A model generated the notes under the pieces. It made no database searches and was not told where the DNA came from. It saw nothing but the letters and a program-made list of their open reading frames with translations. This document shows, in pieces, positions 43,324 to 64,000 of a DNA stretch of 64,000 nucleotides; within the stretch, counting starts at the first letter, position 1; every line of letters starts with the position of its first letter. This stretch comes from Selaginella moellendorffii. Taxonomy: Eukaryota > Plantae > Lycopodiophyta. The stretch is from assembly GCF_000143415.4 (NCBI RefSeq), contig NW_003314296.1:62001-126000 (forward strand), in the 5' to 3' direction. The translations under genes were made by a program, and so were the position numbers.

Positions 43324-45469
43324 CTAAGCTAATGTTTGGACTTGGTCGGACGTTCTTAGCCAGAGATGCCGACCAAGCAATGCGCTCTCTCTCATGGACA
43401 TATAAGCGGCGTTTAACCTGTAACACCATCCGAAAAACGAAGAATTTAAACACCATTTCTCCATCAAGAAAGAATTTCTCAAACCTGTCAATGTCTGGAG
43501 GAGCAAGTGGATCGAAAATCTCGTCATACTGGCCATCGATCTGAGAAGAAATCGCTGCAAAGTTACATAAGCTCAAGCGAAGAACACGAACTACCTGGTG
43601 ATATGGTGTGTAATAGGCGCTGTAGCCCTCTTGTCCAGGAGTGTAAGCGTATCCTTCGTATCCTTGGTAGCCATAGTAGGAATTCCATTGTGTTTGTGCT
43701 GCGTCTCCCCAAGGTGACGTTGGAGCCTGCTGCTTATAATATATAGAGACTTAGACTATGATCGAAGCTCAAGAAAAACTTATACCTGCTTAGTGGATGT
43801 TGGGCTTCGTCCCCATGAGAGTCGTATCGCTTGCTGACCGATTACAGTACCATGAAGCCGCTGTAATGCATCTTCAGCAGAGTTTCTACGTGAAAGAAGA
43901 GGATCAGATGCTAGAACAAAGGTGAGCTTGTTACCTCTGAGCGTATTGAACAAACGCACAGCCTTTACCAGGAGGTATCTTGACAGACACGAGCTCTCCA
44001 ATCTGAGAAAACGTTTGCTTCACTTCCTCTTCAGTGATATTGAGATCAAGGCCACCAACGAAGATCTGCCGAATGCACCAGAAAGTTGGTCCAGAAAACT
44101 GAAAAGTAAATAAACTCACCGTTGTGTTTGTGGGATCGCTATCTGGAGGTAGGACTTGGGATTGAATGGATAACGAAGGAGGCGGAGTAATACTGTAAGG
44201 CATTGTTTGATACGTTGGTGTAGTCGTCGTAGTCGCTGCTGCGAGGCAAAATAAGATTTAGAACAACATACAATCAAAGAATCCAGAATCCAGTGATGAT
44301 GAAACCAGATATAAATATGAAAAATGAAGGAACAAATCGACACACTACCACCTTAAAACCACTGATCATGGAAGAGCCGTGTCCGATGAAACACCGAAAT
44401 TGAAAAAGCCACCACTGACGCACCTAGAACAGACTAAGCTAAGGTTCGTGAGCAAGATACATCAGTCAAAACCAGAAAAGAAAAAGAAAGAGAAAACTGG
44501 AAAGAGCATGCGTAGTTTACCATGAAGCTGTTACCTTTGAACGGTGATGCGATCGTTGGCTGCGGGACAATCGTAGCAGCAGTAACAGTAGTGAGACCAG
44601 CAGCCATAGCTTTCTTGGGAGTCGCGGCACTTATACGCATCGGCCGACTCGAGCAGTAAACTCCATTCATCTCGGACATGGCACGAGCTCGCTCGTTCTC
44701 GTCGGCAAATCTCACGAAGCCGTATCCTTTGGAGCGGCCTGTGACTGCATCAATGACCACCTTTGCTCCTCTCACTGATGGAAACCGGGTCCGGAAGGTT
44801 TCGTGGAGCATGTAGTCCGTAACATCGGGTGCCAGGTCTCCCACAAAGATGGAGAGCTCGGGACCTCCATCCATGCGTTTCTCGCCCATGCCAAACGAGG
44901 CCCAGTTCAAGCGAAAAGCTTGCTCGGTTTGTGGCATCTGTGTTCCGTTGTAAGCCAGAAGAACTCGCTCGGCAGCCGGGTGAGAGTTGAACTCGATGAA
45001 TCCGTATCCTTCGGGATAACCAGTTTGCTTGTTGCGTATAACTTTAGCTGATAAAACCTGTAGAGAAGATCAGCTCACTAGAACTTCCAGGATTCACGAA
45101 TTCATAGAAAAAAATAAAAAATCTAGGACGAGCATACAAAACTCACAGCAATTTTTTGAAGCAGATCAGCTCACTAGCACTTACAGGATTCACGAATCCA
45201 TAGAAGAAAACTCTCATACAGCAAATTTTTGAAGTAGAAAAGAAGATCAGCTTACTCGAAAGCAAGAACCCGAAGAGCATTCATAGAAGGACGAAAGAAG
45301 AAAATCTTACCTCTCCGGTGTGTGCGAAGAGATTGCGGAGGTAATTTTCGTCCATCCAGTACTGGAGATCGCCAATCCACAGCGTTCTCACCTCCTCCAG
45401 CGTCATGGGATGATGATGGCTGCCAAATTGCTGCTGCCATTGCTGCTGCTGCGCCTCGGCCGCTGCCAT
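43324..45469 (-). CDS. Polyadenylate-binding protein RBP45/RBP47 family (3 RRM)
   Basis: Motifs VRTLWIGDLQYWMDENYL, FRLNWASFG, IFVGDLAPDVTD, GRSKGYGFVRF, DPTNTT-IFVGGLD and IRLSWGRSP. Confidence 0.92.
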
Positions 45470-46151
45470 AGCCGCGCCCTGGACTCGAAGAACACTCTCC
45501 AAAATAAATGCCCTAAATAACCAACAAAAAGGAAGCAAACCAAGCAAGTAGTCTATGCTAGAAAACTCCAACTTGGCTCGCAACATTGCCTAGCGTCCTG
45601 CCTTTCTCACAAGCCATGCCCATCCTCGCCATGGTCGATCGCAGACACGATTACTCTTCGACAAATTTGCAGCTCTTCCTTGCGATTTTCGTCATCCAGA
45701 TGTTTTCCAGATGATTACGACTCCAGATATTTGACAGCTTCGCCAAAAAACGTTCATATTTCCCCAGACTTTAAGAGTTAGGCAAATGCCCTTTCAAGGG
45801 ATCTGGAGAAACTAAAAATTTTGATTGATGGAATGCCCACCAAGAACAGTACTGTTACTAAACAACTTTCACTGTGTACGCTGGAGCTAGAACTATTGAT
45901 CAACTTATGAAAACGTTTAAGATCATGCCAAAGAGGTATCAAATCTATTGGACAGTTCTTCTCAAAGAGCAGGCGAAAAATCGGTGTTTGATTCTTATTC
46001 TGGATTGAAAGAATCCATCCTTCTTACAAGAAATCCAAGCAACCAACGAAAGAATCCAAGCAACCATCCAAGAAAAAGAAGAGAAGATCCAAAGGATCGC
46101 TGCCATGGCTTTTAGATTGGAGCCACTAAAACTCATTTGATCGGAGAATGC

Positions 46152-47741
46152 ATGGTCAAGAGCAAGATCCAGACCCAGAAATGGAGGAGAGCACCAAAGA
46201 TCGATCACAATCTCTGCGCAGATCTCCTTCGCCAGTGCGGCAATTCGAAGTCGCTGGATCGAGGGAAGCAGCTCCACGCGCTGGCCGCGAGCGATGGATC
46301 TGACCAATCAACATTCCTCGGCAATGCTCTGATCCAAATGTATGGGAGCTGCGGGAGCCCTGGCGACGCTCGATCGGTCTTTGACAACCTCCGTGATCGC
46401 AACGTCTTCTCATGGAACATCCTGATCGCGGCATATACCCGGAATGGGCGTCTCGCCGATGCGAATCTTTTGTTTCGCACGGCGCCCAAGAGAGACGTCG
46501 TGACCTGGAATGAGATGCTCACTGCCTTCTCGCAAAGTGGCGATTGCGAGAGCTCTAGGGTTTTGTTCGCTCGAATGCCACGGCATGATGTGGTGTCATG
46601 GAACGCGATGCTCGCGGCATTTGCCCAGAGCGGGCAAATCGAACGCGCGAAAGCGAGCTTTGCTTCCATGCCCGAGAGGAATGTCGTGTCCTGGAACGCG
46701 ATCGTCGCGGCCTATGCCCAGAACGCGCTCGATACCGCCGAGCTCCAGGTCCTGGAGAGGATGGAAGAGGAGAAGATCGAGCCCAACGCGATTACCTTTG
46801 CCGGAGCGCTGGACACCTGCGGCGATCTGGAATCCGGGAGGAAAATCCACGCCAAGATCGTGGAGCTCGGATGCGAGCAGGAGATCGCGGTCGCGACGTG
46901 CCTGGTGAGAATGTATGGGCGATTTGGTCGCGCGGAGGAGGCGGGCAAGATCTTCCTCGCGAGCTCGAGCTCCAGGGCGCCGGATTTGATCCTGGTCACG
47001 GCGATGGTGGCCGCGCACGCGCAGAGCGGGCAGAACAAGGATGCGCTGGAGCTCTTCGCGAGGATGGATCTGGATGGCGTGCAGCCGGATTGCAAGGCGC
47101 TCTCGGCGATCGTGGATGCGTGCTCGTCGAGCGCTGAGTGGAAGATCATCCATCGAAATATGCTGGAGGCCGGGATTGTGCCCGATCTAGCGCTGGGGAC
47201 GGCGCTCATCAATCTCTACGGGAAATCCGGTGGAATCGAGGAGGCGAGGGCGGTGTTCTTGGCCATGGAGGAGAGGAACGAGGTCTCCTGGACGGCTATG
47301 GTGGCAGCATTTGCCCAGACTGGGCACACGGCCGAGGCGCTAGGGTTCTTCCTGGCGATGAACGTCGAGGGAATCTATCCCGACGCGATCACATTCGTGA
47401 GCGTGCTGAGCGCTTGCAGCCATGGCGGCAAGAAATCGCTGGCCCGGGACTACTTCCTCGCCCTCCAGATCGATTATGGGTATTTGCCAGGATTGAGCCA
47501 TTTCGCGTGCTTGGTGGATGCCCTGGGACGATCCGGGGAGCTGGAGAATGCCGAGGCGCTGATGCGAGTGATGCCGTTCGTGCCGGATGGATTGGCTTGG
47601 ATCACGCTCGTCGGCGCTTGCGCTGTTCATGGCGATTGGCACAGGGCCGTGGCTGCTGGCGTCGATTCTGTGACGCTCAATTCCGAGAGCTCGGCGCCAT
47701 ATGTGCTGCTCTACAACATTCTAGGGTTCTTGGAACCCTAG
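46152..47741 (+). CDS. PLS-class PPR protein with tandem short repeats and truncated E domain, intronless
   Basis: Repeated (N/D)VVSWNA motifs, ITFVSVLSACSHGG, HFACLVDALGRSG and APYVLL. Confidence 0.88.
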   Translation: MVKSKIQTQKWRRAPKIDHNLCADLLRQCGNSKSLDRGKQLHALAASDGSDQSTFLGNALIQMYGSCGSPGDARSVFDNLRDRNVFSWNILIAAYTRNGRLADANLLFRTAPKRDVVTWNEMLTAFSQSGDCESSRVLFARMPRHDVVSWNAMLAAFAQSGQIERAKASFASMPERNVVSWNAIVAAYAQNALDTAELQVLERMEEEKIEPNAITFAGALDTCGDLESGRKIHAKIVELGCEQEIAVATCLVRMYGRFGRAEEAGKIFLASSSSRAPDLILVTAMVAAHAQSGQNKDALELFARMDLDGVQPDCKALSAIVDACSSSAEWKIIHRNMLEAGIVPDLALGTALINLYGKSGGIEEARAVFLAMEERNEVSWTAMVAAFAQTGHTAEALGFFLAMNVEGIYPDAITFVSVLSACSHGGKKSLARDYFLALQIDYGYLPGLSHFACLVDALGRSGELENAEALMRVMPFVPDGLAWITLVGACAVHGDWHRAVAAGVDSVTLNSESSAPYVLLYNILGFLEP

Positions 47742-47800
47742 CAACGCGAGCTCCTCTCCTCCTCCCTGCAAAGGAGGAGCGGCTTGGAGCGTGGATCTAG

Positions 47801-59144
<11,344 letters not shown>

Positions 59145-59212
59145 CTCATCACTCTGTGTTAGAAGAGATTTTTGAACTCCACAAGAGCTTCAATATATTT
59201 ATAAATAATATT

Positions 59213-59475
59213 TTGGTTTGCTTAAGCAAACCTGTGGATTATAGTGGATATACGTAAAATATGTTTGAATATTTTAGAATATTTTATTATTTAATGGTTG
59301 TTATTCATTTAGATTAATTTTGTATTTATATTTATAAATATGTTTGTAATTTATAAACTTTTCTAACACTTCTTAGTATATTCTAGTTTATTCTACCATC
59401 TGATGTATAAATTACAAACATATTTATAATTATAAATAATTAAATTAATTAATTAATAACTATTAAACAAAACAA
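59213..59475. mobile_element. AT-rich MITE-like element, copy 2
   Basis: TIRs TTGGTTTGCTTAA / TTAAACAAAACAA; shares GGTTGTTATTCATTTAGATTAATTTT with copy 1. Confidence 0.7.
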
Positions 59476-59506
59476 ACATTTTGTGTACCAATTATTACTA
59501 TAATAT

Positions 59507-60820
59507 TATGAATGCATGGAATAAGGAAAAAAAATACAAATATGTGCATATCCATTAGCCTAAAAACACTAGATTATATATAAAAGTGAGTGGTCCAGAT
59601 TGAAATAAACAAAATGGCTATCAAAATCCCACTACACTAATATTAGTATACAACATTATAGCTATACACTTATATCCCCTCCTCTCGGAAGGATATAGGG
59701 CAATCAGAATTCCCTAGTACATAAGCCAAGATCTAAAGGAACATTAGAAGGAGGCATTAGTGGATTTGTAGGTGGTGTTAATTATTCTTGATCTCTTTAT
59801 ATGAATCATTTCAACTATTGTACATGCACAATTTCAAAAGGATCGGCTTGTTAAACATTATATTAAACATTATAAATTTGTAGTCCAACTTGCCCCAACA
59901 CTTAATACAATCCCTTCCACAAAGCAAAGAACCCCTTAAACAAACTATGTATTATAAGATTGAGAAAATAGATTAACACTAAGTTGTTCATTTTGTACTT
60001 TGCAAGTGGACAATATTCGGAGTTATAGTGCCATTATTATCCCACTTATATACAACCTAATAGAAGACACTAATCTGGAAAATGCCAACAATATTAATAT
60101 GTATAACCAATCTCATCATGCACTCAGTAAAGGACATTAAGGCCACAACCATATCTTCACTCTTATCCTTGAACACAGTAAGAGTAGCATCAATTTCCAT
60201 CGGAATATGACAATCTCCCATAAGAAATGGAGTTGAAGGACATGTAACAAGAAATGGAAGAGGTGATATCTCATAATATTATACTAATCGAAGAGTATTG
60301 TCAAAGGTGGTTGGAGCAAGTGCATGCATAAATCCCACAAGATGTTAATAAAGTGCTAGCCACAACATTCCTAATTTGATTCGTTTAGATCATCACTAAC
60401 TCAGTTGGCCCCTGATGAAAACAATACAATTATTGAAAGGCATTATCACAATTGTCAACATATCCAAATGCGTGAAGACTTCCAAGAGAACATTCTAATT
60501 CACATGAGTGGGTACACTTAAATTATTATACTATTGTAATAACATCCCTTTGAGGCATATAGGAAACTCATGTAAACACCAAGCATCATCCCAAGAATGA
60601 TAGATAATAATCACTATAAAGTGATTGAATCAATAATACACATCATCCCTAAGATTTTTATTGAAGAACTCTAGCCGAACATGAGAATTGAAATAAAAAA
60701 CAAAAGGAACTGTACCATGTGTTGTGAATGTTACCATCAACTAAGTCTAATTATTCAACTATACCACACAGCATTAAACAATTGCACCAACTTATTATTA
60801 TAGTTGTATAAGAGAAAAAT
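59507..60820 (-). mobile_element. Second, more decayed copy of the short-LTR gag-only element (3' LTR 59507-59668, PPT ~59669-59686, gag remnant; 5' end lost)
   Basis: Colinear similarity to ~230-950 and 1195-1345; purine tract GAGAGGAGGGG precedes the LTR on the minus strand. Confidence 0.7.
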
Positions 60821-61479
60821 TATTTAATATTTATGAAGTCAAAATGTATGTGTATATTAATATTAATGGTTATTTCCAAGGGGTTATTTCCATGGTTGAG
60901 GGTGAGGAAAAGGTATTAATAATGTTGTAGGGTACACTGATGAGTTTTCCTAATTGCACATGAATCCCCTGTGAAATTGGAAACTGGAGGTTATCCAGAG
61001 GTTTTACCACTGACAGCTGATGGTGATGATGATGATAGTCAAAGCAAGGTGCAATGCTTGATGTTTTGACTACTGAAATGATGTGAATAATTGCATAAAT
61101 CACAGGTTGAACTGAAACAACCAATCATTGGATTCCAATCATTTGATAGAAGCCAAAGGCAATGCAGCATGGGCTCAAGATCTCTATCAAGCATCTACAA
61201 ACAGCTAGAAGTACCTCTTGGAGAATCTAAAAGATGGCAAACCTGTAGGACGAGTTTATTTGGAGGTGATGTTTTTGGGGTTATTTTTAAGTTAGAGATG
61301 GTTATAGGTTTGGGAAGGAGCGATATGGTTCTGTTGTCACCCACCCAGTCACCCACACGCAGTCACTTGCGACGACACCTTACTTCCATCTCTTGTGAAA
61401 TAACATACTTCAATCTCTTAAAAGAATGAAAGAGTATTAAAGTTGACATTACATTTAGTTGAGATGTTGAGCAAACCAA

Positions 61480-62900
61480 AGGTCGTGCTCAGGAAGGATA
61501 CCCCGCTCCAGGCGGCCAGATATTCCGGGAATTGAGTAGCACAGGGTAAACTATAGTGTTTATCGGTCCTGCCCACTCAAAATCTATTGCTTTAACCGTG
61601 TTCGTTCTGAAGCCAATAGCATAATATTCGGGAGCCTCAGATCACTGTGAACAAATCCTGTGTTGTAACATAGTCTCACAATCTTCTTAATCTGAAGAAG
61701 TTTTTTCCCTACCCCTGCTGTGATATTTAACAAAGGTATCACCCAAGATGTTCCATTAATACGAACTTCCAGCTTCACTGAGGTCTAGTAAAGCAGGGGC
61801 AGCTCCAACCTTGCACCACGCCTTATGAGTGTCATAGTTACGACAATACTTCGCCACAAAATTCCTCTGACCATCATTACAAAGGAAAACTGTCCAGTTC
61901 CACGAAGTCTAAAAGGGACACCTCGAACTTCTTTTTCTTCAAAATTGGTGCCGCTTCTTCCAGGATTTTTACCTGTTGACCGTAAAGAACAACTGAGCAC
62001 AACGGCTCACACCAGACTTCATCATTCTCTTCGTCGTAGAAGTACGTGGAAACCGCGATCATGATCAGGAGACCATGCATAGCAAGCGCTACTCTGTGCT
62101 TCCTCAATTCTCTGCGAGTGTAATTATTCCCCTGGAGACATGGATCTCCCGATCTGCCAAATTGAGCTTTGAGCTCAATAATGCCTGCTACCGTCAGTTT
62201 GGACTTTACCTTCAGAACATGTCGCCGAGATGGGAACTTGGTAGTTCTCTAACCAATCATTAATTTGTTGACAAGCCGCAGCATGCTGAGTAACGAATTC
62301 TATGCTGTTCAGGCAGGCACTGAACCTGGAGACAAACTGGAGATCCTCCTACACAATTGACGCATTTTTTAGTTTGCCACCAGCTGCACGAACTCTTCCT
62401 GGAGCAAGATCAGAGGAAAGGGAGGATCATGGCCATAAGGTCGGTAACACCTGTAGACAGGCCGGTCATCCTGATACTGGGTTGAAAAGCTCGTGCCTGC
62501 TGGAGGTCTTCTAGTTTCTCTTGTGTTTTATCTTTCTCTGCTCTCAAGTTTGAGAGAGAGCCGCGCTTGACGTAAGTGTAGAGCGTGAAGGTAGACTTTG
62601 ATACATCCTTGTTGCTGGTCACTGCAAGTCTTCAATACCAGAAACTTGTCCCAGGGACGAAGGCGTCCAAATGGCCCTAGAGTCCTGATGAGTAAACCAT
62701 ATCAGGCTTTGTCTATGACGAACAAAATCTTGAGCTTTAGGCCCTTGAGATCTTCATTGGACTTTCCCACTAGTGGCGGCAACTCTTCCCCTTCGTCCCA
62801 AACGTTGGATTCTTTTCCATGTAGCTCATTCTTTTCTTTTGAGACAGCTTATGTGGCTTGTGTTTCCGACTATTGATATTGTCCAAGCACTAGACTCCCG
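61480..62900 (-). pseudogene. Crinkler-type PD-(D/E)xK nuclease plus kinase-like gene remnant
   Basis: QTDG..IIELKAQFGRSGDPCLQG, GFVHSDLRLPNIML and DFEWAG..YPVLLN..WPPG, interrupted by stops and frameshifts. Upstream limit approximate. Confidence 0.6.
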
Positions 62901-64000
62901 ACCATACTATGCTAGATAAGCAATGGCCCGGAAGTGACAGCTCTGTCATAGAAGAATTGGCAATGGCGGAGGAAGGGGCCTCACACTTCGACATTTCCAC
63001 ACATTGTCTAAATCACTCACAGTTTGACGGGAATGCTTCCTTCAAAGTCAAATTTACAAGGGGCGTGCCCAGCCGTGGCTCACCACCATCCTCCTGCACA
63101 TAAGGTCGCCTTTTCATTACAACTATTACTCAGAGATCAGTGCTTCTCATCTCTTCATTTGAATAGAATGTAAATGCATTACTGTACACTAAATAATGGC
63201 TAACTAACATCGTTGTCAAAATGTTTCCACTTTTTTTTCTTGATCAGAATGGAAGTTTTATTAGAATGGATAGCAAGATATTGAATATGTAAATCCTACA
63301 TATCTCAGTTCCTACTTGCAAAGTTCATAAAAACCTTGAAACTTGCGTGCTTTTTTGGTACAGATCTGCAAATCCAGCAAGAACCAAAACCTTGAAAATC
63401 TAACTGAGTTAATAAGCGTTTGACTTAAGCTCAACTCAACTTCTTGAAACAAATGCCCAACCAGGAAAGTGTTTTTATAACTAACATGGTATGGCAAACT
63501 GCAACTGGATCAAGACGAAGACATGATATTACAAAGTTCAATGATTCGATAGCAAATTATAGAACAACATGTTCTTTAGTTTGTGATATGTATAAGATTT
63601 GATATGACATTTACAAATGTGACGTTTTAAAAATGTTTTCCTAGTTTTCTCATTTTGGTCTAGTGCAGTCGTTGTTCTTGCTACACTTGAGAAGAGGAGG
63701 TGAGCTAGGTCTGGTGAGTGGTGCTTCTACTTGCTTTGTGAGTGGCACTTCTATTAGCTGTGAGTTTAGGTGAGTGGGTTGGTGTGAGAAGTGCTTCCAC
63801 TTGCTGTGGTTTATGCGTGAGTTTGTTCAAGCAGCAGTTCTTCTTGCAATTTAGTTTGCTCGCACTTTCTCTTACTAGTGCTTCCTATTGTTATCACTTC
63901 TACTGCACTTATAAGGATTTTTCATATTTCCATTCCTTTAATCTCATGTGTGGCTTTGATATCTCAAATGGCAGGGGTCCAAGATGGCATGAGAGCTCAT

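Noticed and set aside
63700-63900. Degenerate GTGAGTGG..CTTCTAC repeats near the window end
   Set aside because: Too diverged and truncated by the window edge to classify.

Overview
Gene-dense plant nuclear DNA with very short introns (about 45-90 nt), many PPR genes and a fungal/vertebrate-type chromovirus. This points to a non-seed plant, most likely Selaginella (inference). The first 14.3 kb is nested retroelements. A ~1.57-kb solo LTR (TSD ATTAG) carries an 11.2-kb rearranged Ty3/gypsy chromovirus composite (TSD ACGTG) with three LTRs. The composite has a sense copy lacking its RT core and an antisense copy with a duplicated PR-RT-RH block. The element shows a self-priming PBS and a GGGAAAC -1 frameshift signal followed by a stem-loop. 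After this come DUS1, an R2R3-MYB, a copia remnant with two in-place micro-inversions, a P-class PPR, a 12-Cys secreted peptide, an S28 carboxypeptidase split into oppositely oriented halves, a divergent Toc75 paralogue and tRNA-Phe. Further on are CYP78A, a PLS/DYW PPR cluster with pseudogenes, RBP45/47, a large BEACH gene containing a 59-nt U12 intron, two MITE copies, a short-LTR gag-only element and a decayed Crinkler-type nuclease-kinase gene. Family assignments come from recalled motifs; no database searches were run.
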